From the sequence record PP456877.1: 64,000 nt of DNA, one strand, 5' to 3'. The number at the start of each line of letters is the position of its first letter. Positions within the stretch are counted from its first letter, which is position 1. Made by a program: the position numbers and the translations under genes. The notes beneath the pieces were generated by a model, which worked only from the letters and a program-made list of their open reading frames with translations, made no database searches and was not told the DNA's origin. Positions 42,772 through 52,816 of this stretch are shown piece after piece.

Positions 42772-43644
42772 TTAGATTTTTACAGACCAACTTTGCTCGA
42801 ATTCCTGATATAGGAAATTGTCTGACGCATTATCCCAATTTTCTCGATCAGTTACACCATAATAATGGAATTCTAGTTCAGTAGGTCCACCAACAAAACC
42901 ATTCTTAGCATAGCTATAAACTTTGCCATTGGTTAGCTTAATCAGTGTATCCACATAGAAACTATTACGGTTCCATATTTCATTGTGGATGTACTTAAAT
43001 ACCACACTGTGGATATACTTAAATTGCGCACTTGGTTTTCCGAGTACACTCCAATAGAATTTACGGATACCTATTTCGGTCTTGAAATTAAACTCTCCGT
43101 TGCGAATGTTGTTAGAAACAATACGTGCCAGTTTATTAACCCGATTTTCTTCACCGATTAGATAGATCCCGGAAACACTACATCCATCTCCTATTGATCC
43201 ATTATTAACTAGTGGATCAACACCATATTCATCAGTGAAAATGGTTTTGATAACCTCTTTACCTTCTCGACGCACTAACATATTCAGGTGACCATCTTCG
43301 ATATATGACATATGGCTAGGCTGAATATATTCACTTGTATCGACGATAACATCATTCGCCATTACATTAAACTGTAGATGGTTTACCAGATCACTAATAC
43401 CTTTAAAACGAATGGCTTGGTTCGCTGTATTTAGATCGACATACACCACGACATCAATAATGCCTTGTTTTAGTGATTTGTCATCTTTGTCAGTAGTTGT
43501 ATCAATTTTTACGTAATTTTGATATAGTTCACTAAAACAAGATATGATGTCATCATGTAGTTTAATTACATCAGATCCATTTCGTTCAAGCGCTTTAAGC
43601 GATACGTTAAAACCAATACGAATTTTATTAGAACGACGTGCCAT
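42772..43644 (-). CDS. Hypothetical protein, distant paralogue of neighbour
   Basis: Shared CxVxxL/IxxxGExxxVN segment. Confidence 0.65.
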   Translation of the reverse strand: MARRSNKIRIGFNVSLKALERNGSDVIKLHDDIISCFSELYQNYVKIDTTTDKDDKSLKQGIIDVVVYVDLNTANQAIRFKGISDLVNHLQFNVMANDVIVDTSEYIQPSHMSYIEDGHLNMLVRREGKEVIKTIFTDEYGVDPLVNNGSIGDGCSVSGIYLIGEENRVNKLARIVSNNIRNGEFNFKTEIGIRKFYWSVLGKPSAQFKYIHSVVFKYIHNEIWNRNSFYVDTLIKLTNGKVYSYAKNGFVGGPTELEFHYYGVTDRENWDNASDNFLYQEFEQSWSVKI

Positions 43645-43685
43645 GGTTATATCACCTATGTTAAATTAATGAATTATTTATTCAA

Positions 43686-44048
43686 TTACCGTACTACATC
43701 TGTGATTAGAATAAGTTCACCATCACTATTGATAACACTATAGCTTTTTACAATTTCGATGCGCTTACTAATAATCTTATTCTCTAGATCTACTTTTACG
43801 ATATTAACACGAATTACCTTATTCGATTGATCATGCATTTCTTTAAAAATGCATTCGATATTTTTACCAATGACAGCTTTTAATTTTTCAATGCTGTCAA
43901 TGGATGAATATTTAAAACTATATGCTTCTGCCAGGGTTTTTGCATTACCCACAACCGTAGTTAGGGTACCCCAATAATCATAAACATACAACGCAGTATC
44001 ACTATTGGGATTATCGATAATTTCAATTATAAAATCCACTTGTATCAC
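43686..44048 (-). CDS. Hypothetical early protein
   Basis: GGAG RBS; follows early promoter. Confidence 0.7.
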   Translation of the reverse strand: MIQVDFIIEIIDNPNSDTALYVYDYWGTLTTVVGNAKTLAEAYSFKYSSIDSIEKLKAVIGKNIECIFKEMHDQSNKVIRVNIVKVDLENKIISKRIEIVKSYSVINSDGELILITDVVR

Positions 44049-44067
44049 TCCTATTAGTTTATTGATA

Positions 44068-44100
44068 GTACACTTGTAATATAGATCTTAAATAAATTAT
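44068..44100 (-). promoter_or_regulatory. Early promoter
   Basis: ATTTAAGATCTATATTACAAGTG. Confidence 0.75.
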
Positions 44101-44103
44101 GAT

Positions 44104-44568
44104 CTAACCATTTAAAATAGATAAAGCCTCTATATGCCAATGGTGTATTAGTTCTTCTTTACTAATAATATTATTGAAGTAGTTTAACCGATGTGATACC
44201 ATTAATTTAGAATACATATCGACTTCACTACTTACCTTAATCACCCCAGTCTCTAATAATTGCAGAGAGCCAACATACGCAAATAAAGTTGGTTTTAAAT
44301 ACCAGTGTTCCCTATATTGTTTTTGATCAGGTACATTTCCTATAATGTAGTCAGTAGAATTACTTCGGTATGCGTAAATAGTTGATTTAGAACCAAGTAA
44401 ATTAAGATCGATATCATAACTCCCGCTTTTAGCTGCAATACATTCAATAACTGATGGGGCCACACATATACGGTTGGTTACACTGTCTTCGCCATCAGCT
44501 CTATTACTTGGAATATATGGCCTTAATAAAACATAATCCCCAAGGTATACTGTCGATATGTGATACAT
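44104..44568 (-). CDS. Putative ADP-ribosyltransferase-fold protein
   Basis: YHIS...RICVAPS...IYAY...EHW pattern. Confidence 0.45.
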   Translation of the reverse strand: MYHISTVYLGDYVLLRPYIPSNRADGEDSVTNRICVAPSVIECIAAKSGSYDIDLNLLGSKSTIYAYRSNSTDYIIGNVPDQKQYREHWYLKPTLFAYVGSLQLLETGVIKVSSEVDMYSKLMVSHRLNYFNNIISKEELIHHWHIEALSILNG

Positions 44569-44583
44569 AATTAACCTATTTAA

Positions 44584-45111
44584 TTAAAACAGATAACGCT
44601 CTGTTACTGAACGATATTGTGACATGATGTTTAATGGATCAACATCCACTGGTGCTTTAGTGACAGTTAAGCGAGCACCTTTTAAAAATTCACCAATATC
44701 TAATTTCCTTACAGTAACATCATGGATAGTGTTTTTCGTAATCCACTCAGTATCAATGCTATTGTGAGGATTATTATTCTTAATCCATTTGTCAGAGTCC
44801 CTAAATGGAATGGTATAAACATACACAACCATTTTTAAAATATCACTTTTATCGATATTATTTTGACAATAGATTGTAATATCCCTATCAACAGTAGCAT
44901 ATCTATCACTATCAAATAACTTTTCGATAGCGCTACCAATACCTAAATAAGATGCATCTTTTTCAGATGACGTTGCATATAGGTATTGGTTAGACTCAAT
45001 ACCATCCCACATAACAAGTTCACCAGATCTTTTAAATCCTGGCATTAATTCATCTTGTTTATAAAGAGAACCATGGTAAAGTAATTCTGGTTTATTCATA
45101 ATAAAATCCAC
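44584..45111 (-). CDS. Putative ADP-ribosyltransferase-fold protein (Arr-like H-Y-E type)
   Basis: LLYHGS...YLYATS...VYVY...TEW. Confidence 0.55.
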   Translation of the reverse strand: MDFIMNKPELLYHGSLYKQDELMPGFKRSGELVMWDGIESNQYLYATSSEKDASYLGIGSAIEKLFDSDRYATVDRDITIYCQNNIDKSDILKMVVYVYTIPFRDSDKWIKNNNPHNSIDTEWITKNTIHDVTVRKLDIGEFLKGARLTVTKAPVDVDPLNIMSQYRSVTERYLF

Positions 45112-45145
45112 TATGCTTTATAAGAGTTATGGTTATCAATTAACT

Positions 45146-45502
45146 TCAAGGTAGTAGTGTGGCAGTATTGAAGTGATTGGTTACTGCTTCGATCAGCATT
45201 TGCTCGATGTTGATTTTGTAGTATTCTGGTTCTTCGTTCAATTCCCAAATAATAGTCGCACGTAATAGTGCAGGTGCTATGAATCTAACTACCTTACCAT
45301 GTGTGTCAAACTCTACATTGAACATTGCATATTGTTCAGTAGTATGATTTTTATAGAAAATGAAATTACCAGCGTAACTGCGAACCTCTATTTCACCATG
45401 AATACTGGAGTAGGTTTCCTGGTGGAATACTTTACCTTTAAGGCGTGTATTCTCTTCAATGATATTTACCAATTCTTTCAATTTGTCTTTATCTAGTTGC
45501 AT
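45146..45502 (-). CDS. Hypothetical protein
   Basis: ORF track. Confidence 0.7.
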   Translation of the reverse strand: MQLDKDKLKELVNIIEENTRLKGKVFHQETYSSIHGEIEVRSYAGNFIFYKNHTTEQYAMFNVEFDTHGKVVRFIAPALLRATIIWELNEEPEYYKINIEQMLIEAVTNHFNTATLLP

Positions 45503-45542
45503 TTGTAGGTTCCTATTAATAAATGTATACGATGGATATCTT

Positions 45543-45908
45543 TTACGATTTCCGGTGCTTATCCATATCTAGTTTTATATCAGTATATATCTTGAATCTA
45601 TTAGATAGGCTATCCATATCTACGCGCAATGCCCGAATATGCATATCAGTATCTTTTGGTTTACCTTCAGACTCCCATACGGCCTTTGCGATATCAAATG
45701 CTACATTGTTCAAATAGTATTCGACTTCATGTTCATCAAGCAAAAGAGCATCATGGAAACCAATACGTGATAGAATGGCGTAATCACGCTGATTAACATC
45801 TCTCCAATCTTTACGCACTAAGTAACTTTTACCAATTCCATCTTTTTTACAACTTTTACTAATAATTTCTATAATGAACTTATCATGCCATTTATAATCC
45901 ATAATCAT
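45543..45908 (-). CDS. Hypothetical protein
   Basis: ORF track; AGGAG RBS. Confidence 0.7.
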   Translation of the reverse strand: MIMDYKWHDKFIIEIISKSCKKDGIGKSYLVRKDWRDVNQRDYAILSRIGFHDALLLDEHEVEYYLNNVAFDIAKAVWESEGKPKDTDMHIRALRVDMDSLSNRFKIYTDIKLDMDKHRKS

Positions 45909-45915
45909 TACTCCT

Positions 45916-46428
45916 TTATTTAATCAGCTTCATTACTAGAGGAACAGATAGACTTATGCCATTAGCCATTTTAGCTAGAATATGATAGACATCGTCTGCT
46001 TCTTGATTATTGGTACAAGGTATAGAAATGGCATCACCATAGTAAGGACTGTAGTTAATACGGTCGCCATACACACCACTCACAAAACTATAATCTAATC
46101 CATCCGTGGTAGTCATAATAACTACAACATGATCATCCCCAACTATACCGGATTCTAAATCCTCACATAGTTCTAGTTTTTGTTGCACACCTCGTTGACA
46201 GATCCATACTTCACGGTATTGATGATGAGGATATGGATTACATGCTACATCATTTTCACTAACGAAGTACATAGTCCCCCAGTTGTAAGACTGGAATTGG
46301 GTTGTTTGTTTGTGGGCTTCCCATACCTCTTCCATACAAAAGGTATGTTTGTTAACCCATAGACCATCGTTATTAAGACTATCAACGATCCCATCACGGA
46401 CACGTACTACACGGAGTGTTTTTGCCAT
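45916..46428 (-). CDS. Hypothetical protein
   Basis: ORF track. Confidence 0.7.
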   Translation of the reverse strand: MAKTLRVVRVRDGIVDSLNNDGLWVNKHTFCMEEVWEAHKQTTQFQSYNWGTMYFVSENDVACNPYPHHQYREVWICQRGVQQKLELCEDLESGIVGDDHVVVIMTTTDGLDYSFVSGVYGDRINYSPYYGDAISIPCTNNQEADDVYHILAKMANGISLSVPLVMKLIK

Positions 46429-46460
46429 TTTTAATTATCCTAAATACATAAAGGAATCAC

Positions 46461-46922
46461 TTAGTAAACACCATTGACAATAGCATCGCGGAAACGAGAC
46501 CATTCCGTTTGACCAACTACGAATACTCGTTCTTTAGGACGCCATAGATGATCACCGCAGTCAAGACCCAAGTAAAGCATATTGGTTTTCCAATGATTGC
46601 GATGAACACGTAGTTTAGCTGATACACTGAACTCACACATTACTTCATTTACATCAAGATGTGTTAGTGTATCACTAATCATACCTGACATACTGATACC
46701 AATTGATTTACGAACTCGGATTAGATCCTCAGTCATCACCCGCCAAGTTACCAGATGCTCGTAATACTCATCTGGTGTCATGTTGTTTTTATAATTCAGT
46801 GCACCTGGAGTCATTGACATCCAGTTAGTGAACTGGGAAGTCATGTAATACATCCAATCACTATTATGACGGAGTTCTTTAAGCTTCTCTTGTATTACGA
46901 TATTAGTAGTTGCTTTAGTCAT
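46461..46922 (-). CDS. Hypothetical protein
   Basis: ORF track. Confidence 0.7.
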   Translation of the reverse strand: MTKATTNIVIQEKLKELRHNSDWMYYMTSQFTNWMSMTPGALNYKNNMTPDEYYEHLVTWRVMTEDLIRVRKSIGISMSGMISDTLTHLDVNEVMCEFSVSAKLRVHRNHWKTNMLYLGLDCGDHLWRPKERVFVVGQTEWSRFRDAIVNGVY

Positions 46923-47355
46923 CTACGTAACCCTCATCAGATACATAAGTACGTTCAGGGCTGAACACATATTTGATGTTATTAATTACAGCTGTGATAT
47001 AAACCTGATATTCTTTTGAAATAGATTCCATCAGTTCAATAGATACGGAATTTGAACTCTGAATAAGTTTATTTACTTTCTTTAGTTCATCAAATTCTAA
47101 CCGACCGTAGATTACACCAACATCTCTGAAACTGATAACTGGATAGTGTTTCCAAATATAACAATTCAGTTTACCAAGATGAATTACTTGAATTGTTTCA
47201 TCGCACCATTGTTTCTTTTTCTTATTGTAGTATTCAACACGACGTTCGATGAAGACGCGAGTACCAGAAACAGAGGTGTATGCATTCAGTTCATAACCAT
47301 ACTTATGGTCAACGTTATTTGGGTCTTGGCGCCATTTTGGGATGAACGCTTTCAT
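46915..47355 (-). CDS. Hypothetical protein
   Basis: ORF track; AAAAAGGAAAATACAAATG initiation region. Confidence 0.75.
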   Translation of the reverse strand: MKAFIPKWRQDPNNVDHKYGYELNAYTSVSGTRVFIERRVEYYNKKKKQWCDETIQVIHLGKLNCYIWKHYPVISFRDVGVIYGRLEFDELKKVNKLIQSSNSVSIELMESISKEYQVYITAVINNIKYVFSPERTYVSDEGYVDD

Positions 47356-47413
47356 TTGTATTTTCCTTTTTACGAAATAGAAGCCCTCCCGAAGGAGGGC
47401 AATTATACCATTA

Positions 47414-47713
47414 TTAAATTACGAGTCTATATACTTCTTTTAATTTCTCACCAGGGGTAGCTAGATAATCGACATTATATTTAATAGCAATTACACCCAC
47501 AAGTTCTTTTCTCAGTAGTAGTTCTACCTGATCGCATAATTTATCGATAGCTTCATCTTCTACATCCTCGTATAATGGATATTGACTATAAATATTATCA
47601 GGTGTAAGTACAGACAGTTTCAATTCCCCATCTTTACCAATGACTGGGTGATATGTCTGTTTAAGACCTTTACAATGATAGTGATAGGTAATGCGCTGTT
47701 GTTTAGTGGTCAT
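47414..47713 (-). CDS. Hypothetical protein
   Basis: ORF track. Confidence 0.7.
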   Translation of the reverse strand: MTTKQQRITYHYHCKGLKQTYHPVIGKDGELKLSVLTPDNIYSQYPLYEDVEDEAIDKLCDQVELLLRKELVGVIAIKYNVDYLATPGEKLKEVYRLVI

Positions 47714-47724
47714 GTAAAGATACC

Positions 47725-48246
47725 TTAAATAAACCGTTGGGTAGTTCCGTCTTTAAAGACAGTTAGTTGATTAACATCTTTCAATGAATTATCTGCAATA
47801 TTCTTAGCCAATAACAATAGATCATCGTGATATGTTTTAATGAGAACTTTAAGCCTCTCCCTTTGTTTATATCGGAAACCTTTATTAATCACAGTAACTC
47901 CATCTGGATTATTTTTATAATTCAGTACAGTGATTGGTGTATTCGGTACAAAGACGGCTAGTTCGTCATCGAATACAATGTAAACCATCACTTTATAATT
48001 ATTAACCGATTCTTGGAATTGTTGTGTGATTACATTATAGTCTTTTGTGCGATGGCTAAGAAACAGCTCACTATTAGCTCGGCAGAAACTATGTCGCGCT
48101 TCTTTATCAGCACTCATAACAGCAATACCACGGATAATGAATTTATTATCTAAGGTATATTTTCTTTGAGACATCGCATAGTCGACTACATCAACATCGC
48201 CACCAAATAGCACGGCATTTTCACCATATCCACAAATAAGAGCCAT
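47725..48246 (-). CDS. Hypothetical protein
   Basis: ORF track. Confidence 0.7.
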   Translation of the reverse strand: MALICGYGENAVLFGGDVDVVDYAMSQRKYTLDNKFIIRGIAVMSADKEARHSFCRANSELFLSHRTKDYNVITQQFQESVNNYKVMVYIVFDDELAVFVPNTPITVLNYKNNPDGVTVINKGFRYKQRERLKVLIKTYHDDLLLLAKNIADNSLKDVNQLTVFKDGTTQRFI

Positions 48247-48260
48247 TTATAATTACCTAT

Positions 48261-48620
48261 TTAAAAATTATATTCAATAAATTGAAGAGTGAATAGTTCA
48301 CTACATTCCCATGTACGACTTGCTAATTTATATTTACCTTTAACAGGTAAGTCAAAATAACGTAATGCTTTTTCTACTGAACCAGCCTCATGATTAACCA
48401 ATAGAACATCCCTAGCCTTCAGAATATTTGAACAATTTACAAGTTCATAATCATCTCGCTTAGGTGTCAACATAGCTACATTAGTGCCTGGTTTTCTAGC
48501 ATACCAGAGCACCTCATGGCCCTCTGGATTAATAATAGAGATATATAGCTGACGTTCAGCGGGCAACCACAAGTTACGTGGATCATACTCTCCATTAACA
48601 TCAAAGAATTTAAATATCAT
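48261..48620 (-). CDS. Hypothetical protein
   Basis: ORF track; ATGA overlap. Confidence 0.7.
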   Translation of the reverse strand: MIFKFFDVNGEYDPRNLWLPAERQLYISIINPEGHEVLWYARKPGTNVAMLTPKRDDYELVNCSNILKARDVLLVNHEAGSVEKALRYFDLPVKGKYKLASRTWECSELFTLQFIEYNF

Positions 48621-48856
48621 AGAGTTGGAACCGGTTTTGATGGATCAGCAATTAGTGCAGATTCGTCTACATAAACCATTGCAAAGTTTTCACCTTCTTT
48701 ACGAATACCAGTAGAAGGTGTTTTCGATGGATCATAAACGATAATTTGGCACTGCTGTCCAGCTGTTAAATAAGTTGGGCCAGTTAATGCATTGGGTTTT
48801 GGATGAGGAATATCAATTTTAGTAATACAATATTGACCAGTACGAAACTCACGCAT
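48617..48856 (-). CDS. Small beta-rich (SH3-like) protein
   Basis: ORF track; GAGG RBS. Confidence 0.65.
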   Translation of the reverse strand: MREFRTGQYCITKIDIPHPKPNALTGPTYLTAGQQCQIIVYDPSKTPSTGIRKEGENFAMVYVDESALIADPSKPVPTL

Positions 48857-48868
48857 TATATTAACCTC

Positions 48869-49555
48869 TTAATGAATAACTGTTGCAGAAGGACGACATT
48901 TCATAGTTTTAAAAATGTCAGTAGGATAGATATTACCAGCTTGTCCGAAAGGTTTATCGGCTAGAAGAAACTGCGGACAAACTGTTTGTAGATAACCACT
49001 ATCAGTGGGTAGGAATCCTTCAATATCACTGATGAGAATTTGCCAGATGGGCAATTGGTTATAATAGTCATCCATATTGTAGTATGCGTGGAGTTTACCA
49101 CCAAAACCATATACAAATTGACGAGTATCAATTAGGCGAATACCAAATTTAGGTTGGCGTCCCATCCGTTGATCTTCTTCAAATGCACTCAGTAAATCTG
49201 CAATCTCTACGCCACCCGTGATCTGTTTCACTTCTTTTAATTTTTCAAAAATGGCGTAAAAGGTATTTACTGCCGATTCCTTAGTAATGCAGGCAGTGAT
49301 CACCAGTTCAGGAAAGAGTGGATCTTCTTTATTACATCCACACGTGTAATAAACAACATTGGAACCAATATCACCTTCTCGTTCAACCACGGCAAAAGGT
49401 TTTTTGGATAGTTTCATTTGCTTTTCAATTAACTGTCTGCTATTCTCACGAATAGATTCATATTCGTGACTGGCCTTAAAAATAGGTGCTTTGTAATCTA
49501 TCTCTTTTGGTTCTACTAGATCACTTGCCGATTTGATAACTAATGGATTACTCAT
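48869..49555 (-). CDS. DUF4262-like protein
   Basis: YYTCG...PELVI N-half and WQILISDIEGFLPTDSGY...QFLL C-terminus. Confidence 0.55.
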   Translation of the reverse strand: MSNPLVIKSASDLVEPKEIDYKAPIFKASHEYESIRENSRQLIEKQMKLSKKPFAVVEREGDIGSNVVYYTCGCNKEDPLFPELVITACITKESAVNTFYAIFEKLKEVKQITGGVEIADLLSAFEEDQRMGRQPKFGIRLIDTRQFVYGFGGKLHAYYNMDDYYNQLPIWQILISDIEGFLPTDSGYLQTVCPQFLLADKPFGQAGNIYPTDIFKTMKCRPSATVIH

Positions 49556-49601
49556 TGTATATTTCCTTTTCTTATATAAGAAAAGGGAGGTATTACCCTC
49601 C

Positions 49602-49937
49602 CTAATTAAGCATTAAATATTTAGGTTCAGTAGTGGCTCGGATCTTAGCAATAAGTGCTTTTTGATCACTAACCTTACTAATGGGATATTCTAATAAACG
49701 TAAATCCATGTCCCGATGTACTAAACCTAACATTGCCTTATTTTGATGACTATTATTACGTAATGCAGCGATATGTTTATCAACTTCATTACTAACAGTC
49801 TTTGAAAGCCCTACCAAATACTTCCCAGTTGCAATGTGTTCAATAACATAAACACCTGCTCCAACTATTTCGCTTCTTTTCCCACGACCGTGCGAAGTAC
49901 TTGACCAACTATAACACTTATCATCAACTATAAACAT
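49602..49937 (-). CDS. Stand-alone GIY-YIG-like domain, degenerate
   Basis: AGVYVIEHIATGKYLVGLS...H...L....H.N. Confidence 0.6.
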   Translation of the reverse strand: MFIVDDKCYSWSSTSHGRGKRSEIVGAGVYVIEHIATGKYLVGLSKTVSNEVDKHIAALRNNSHQNKAMLGLVHRDMDLRLLEYPISKVSDQKALIAKIRATTEPKYLMLN

Positions 49938-49980
49938 GGTTAATTCCCGTCCTATAACTATCTAATTGGACGGTCAAGTA

Positions 49981-50343
49981 TTAGCTACCAGTCCATGAAT
50001 ACTTATCATAAACTAACCACATTGAATGGATCTTATTGATGATATTGAAAATAGGTTCTTGGACCTCTTCAAAATCACCTAGGTTAGCTGCCAGATTGGC
50101 CATGTATTGGAATAGCCACTCAATTGACACATCCACTAGATTGGTAAATGGGATACTGGCATATGGGATTTGCTTTGACATACCAAACTGATAAACCTTA
50201 GCAAACCATGCATCCAACATTGCAACATCTGCTTTAAGCATCCAATTAATTTCAGCAGGATGTGCGCCATAGGTGATGTTAAATAAATCACCAGTAACTG
50301 TTTTAACAAGCATTTCCACTTCAGTCGCATTAAATTCAATCAT
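49981..50343 (-). CDS. Hypothetical protein
   Basis: ORF track. Confidence 0.7.
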   Translation of the reverse strand: MIEFNATEVEMLVKTVTGDLFNITYGAHPAEINWMLKADVAMLDAWFAKVYQFGMSKQIPYASIPFTNLVDVSIEWLFQYMANLAANLGDFEEVQEPIFNIINKIHSMWLVYDKYSWTGS

Positions 50344-50344
50344 C

Positions 50345-50722
50345 TCAACCCACCTTTAGTTTACTGCAATATAGTCTAAACTTAAGAATATCCTCTACTA
50401 AGTTAGACCACAGGGTATACCTATTTCGTGATGCATTTACTTCTTCAATCTTAGCATTTATATTTTGGCGAAGAACTTTGTAATGCTGATACGCATTAGT
50501 CGCATGTTTAGAGAACATGATGATAATATCATCAGGACTTTTATTTAGCACATCAGCTAGTGAATCATCATCATATATTTCAATAAGTGTATTAACGATA
50601 CGATGATGAAGATGGGTTAGTAATTGGTAAATATGATATTCGCTACCAATATAATCACCTTTTATAAAAGCTCTTTTACTGTAGAAGATCTGTGCAGTAT
50701 CTCTTATGCATTCAAGTTTCAT
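50345..50722 (-). CDS. Hypothetical protein
   Basis: ORF track. Confidence 0.7.
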   Translation of the reverse strand: MKLECIRDTAQIFYSKRAFIKGDYIGSEYHIYQLLTHLHHRIVNTLIEIYDDDSLADVLNKSPDDIIIMFSKHATNAYQHYKVLRQNINAKIEEVNASRNRYTLWSNLVEDILKFRLYCSKLKVG

Positions 50723-50931
50723 TGTGCATTAACCTGATGTAGATGAACATAAAATCCATTACTAGGACCACTATTAGATGGATAAACTAACAGATGGTCT
50801 CCATTAACAGATTCGATTATAACTACAGTACCAGCTTTACATAGTGTAAGATCATAACCGCATTCACCGGTGCTATTAATAATATCTGTATTGACTACAA
50901 CTTTGTCACCGGCTTTAAATGAATTTGACAT
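50719..50931 (-). CDS. Small SH3/KOW-like protein
   Basis: FKAGDKVVV...GTVVII. Confidence 0.65.
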   Translation of the reverse strand: MSNSFKAGDKVVVNTDIINSTGECGYDLTLCKAGTVVIIESVNGDHLLVYPSNSGPSNGFYVHLHQVNAQ

Positions 50932-50939
50932 ATACCACC

Positions 50940-51242
50940 TCAGTTATATGCGTGAAGAATATCATCCATATCTGTACATTGTACAGTTTCAATTTGATTA
51001 TAATTGTCGGCATTTAAAACTCTAAAGCCGCCTTCGGGATTACCCTCATCAACGCCTAATACGGTTAGGTCATCTCCTTCATCGGCAAACTTCCATTCTA
51101 GATAACCATTCTTTTTACAAGTACGCATGATCCAAATATCCTGTGTTGCTTGTAGAATCATACCAACTTGAACTTTATTCTTAGCGATAAGACTAATACC
51201 ATTAGCTAGCGCGTTTGCTAGACAGCTCACTGTTGAACTCAT
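50940..51242 (-). CDS. Hypothetical protein
   Basis: ORF track. Confidence 0.7.
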   Translation of the reverse strand: MSSTVSCLANALANGISLIAKNKVQVGMILQATQDIWIMRTCKKNGYLEWKFADEGDDLTVLGVDEGNPEGGFRVLNADNYNQIETVQCTDMDDILHAYN

Positions 51243-51298
51243 TTCTTTTTACCTCTTTACAACTCTTCTCTTCAGTCAGCCATGACTTGTTAAAGATG

Positions 51299-51451
51299 CT
51301 ATTTATGATAGGATTGAATTTCGGTGATTCTTTCTTTTTCTGATCGGTATCCATCGATATCACCTATATTGATAATTTTATTAATACCAATTAGCGTACT
51401 ACCTAAAACCGCTATAACTAAAAACAATGCTACATATTTCATTCCTTCCAT
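51299..51451 (-). CDS. Small single-TM protein missing from track (50 aa)
   Basis: MEGMKYVALFLVIAVLGSTLIGI...; GAGG RBS. Confidence 0.6.
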   Translation of the reverse strand: MEGMKYVALFLVIAVLGSTLIGINKIINIGDIDGYRSEKERITEIQSYHK

Positions 51452-51536
51452 TTGTGATACCTCAGATAATATTTATTTTATTTGGCATGGTTGTTATATA
51501 ACTTTAAATTTTATTATAATAAACTATTACCCCGTA

Positions 51537-51839
51537 TTAAGGTAATAGTTTATTATATTTATTATAGTTATCGATAACCCATTGGCATGACATATGTTTA
51601 GGAGTATCACCTAGTAATTTGGTGTACGTTAGAAAATATATTACTTGGGCTTTGTTAAAGTCCAATCCAGCTTCTTCCCAGATATAACGATACTGTTCAG
51701 TTTTATCCCCATGTGCAGCAACCAGACCAGCGCATGCATCAATGTATCGATCCTCACCAGAGAAAACAGCACTTATGAATTTATCAGTATTATCCAACAT
51801 ATACTGAGTCGATTTGATTACCTTATCATTCATTTTCAT
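51537..51839 (-). CDS. Hypothetical protein
   Basis: ORF track. Confidence 0.7.
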   Translation of the reverse strand: MKMNDKVIKSTQYMLDNTDKFISAVFSGEDRYIDACAGLVAAHGDKTEQYRYIWEEAGLDFNKAQVIYFLTYTKLLGDTPKHMSCQWVIDNYNKYNKLLP

Positions 51840-51901
51840 TTGAATATACCTGTTTATATAAAAGGATATAAAAGCCTCCCCGAAGGGAGGCCATTATGAC
51901 G

Positions 51902-52333
51902 TTACATTGTGAAACGAATTGACACACCACAAATAGGACTATTGTCATCTGTCCAAATTTTTGCAGTACCATCATTTTTAATAGTTAAACAATAACCCCA
52001 ACGGAGATTATTTATTTTAGTGGTATAACCACTTTTGAATACAGCCATGTCTTTATAAAGCTGAGGGATAGTTGGCACTACCTTTGACTGCATTTTACCA
52101 GATAAATCACGATAGTAGAGTTTATCTACAATCACATTATCAAATTTTTTGTAATCACCAAAGACTTCAGATAGATTAAACTCTACCCCATCTGTTTTCA
52201 GTGGGGCTGTCATAAAACTACCTTGCTCAGTTGTAACCATACTGATAGCAACATCATGGTCTAATAGAAATCGAGTTTCACCAATAGTTTTCTTATATAC
52301 TGGGAAACTTCCTAGCGGTTGTAGAACACTCAT
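51902..52333 (-). CDS. Hypothetical protein
   Basis: ORF track; AGGAG RBS. Confidence 0.75.
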   Translation of the reverse strand: MSVLQPLGSFPVYKKTIGETRFLLDHDVAISMVTTEQGSFMTAPLKTDGVEFNLSEVFGDYKKFDNVIVDKLYYRDLSGKMQSKVVPTIPQLYKDMAVFKSGYTTKINNLRWGYCLTIKNDGTAKIWTDDNSPICGVSIRFTM

Positions 52334-52369
52334 TATTAACTCCTGATTGATGGTCTATAAAATTGACCA

Positions 52370-52816
52370 TTATAAACCTTTATAGCATTCTACGCTAATT
52401 TTCTTTATGGTCATATCAAACTCACTATCAACATACTCATTGTCATGATAGTATTCATCTGAATAACCTATGAGTTTTTTCTGGTTATGATAATTTAAAA
52501 AGAAAATAACACGCATCACAATACAAGCATGTTCGGGATGATTAAGGTATAATTCTTTCTTATTTAGGTCTAAATAAAGTGTTTTTATTTGAACTGGTTC
52601 ATTAGTGAAAACTAGTTTTACAGGGTTATCCAGCTGTATTACTTTGGGTTCACTATTAAAAAATGTATCACCGGGTTCACCTAAGTAATACGTAATTGAT
52701 TTAACATAATAGGCTATATCTTCGGTTTTCTCTAACCGGGTTATACAATAGCCGGTTATGACTGAAAGAACAAACAATGATAAAATAACTAATATTATCT
52801 CAGTCACATTGACCAC
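52370..52816 (-). CDS. Membrane-anchored protein
   Basis: N-terminal TM helix. Confidence 0.7.
   Translation of the reverse strand: MVNVTEIILVILSLFVLSVITGYCITRLEKTEDIAYYVKSITYYLGEPGDTFFNSEPKVIQLDNPVKLVFTNEPVQIKTLYLDLNKKELYLNHPEHACIVMRVIFFLNYHNQKKLIGYSDEYYHDNEYVDSEFDMTIKKISVECYKGL

Noticed and set aside
44584-45111. Rifampicin-resistance gene arr
   Set aside because: Only the generic ART motifs are recognisable, so no gene symbol can be supported.
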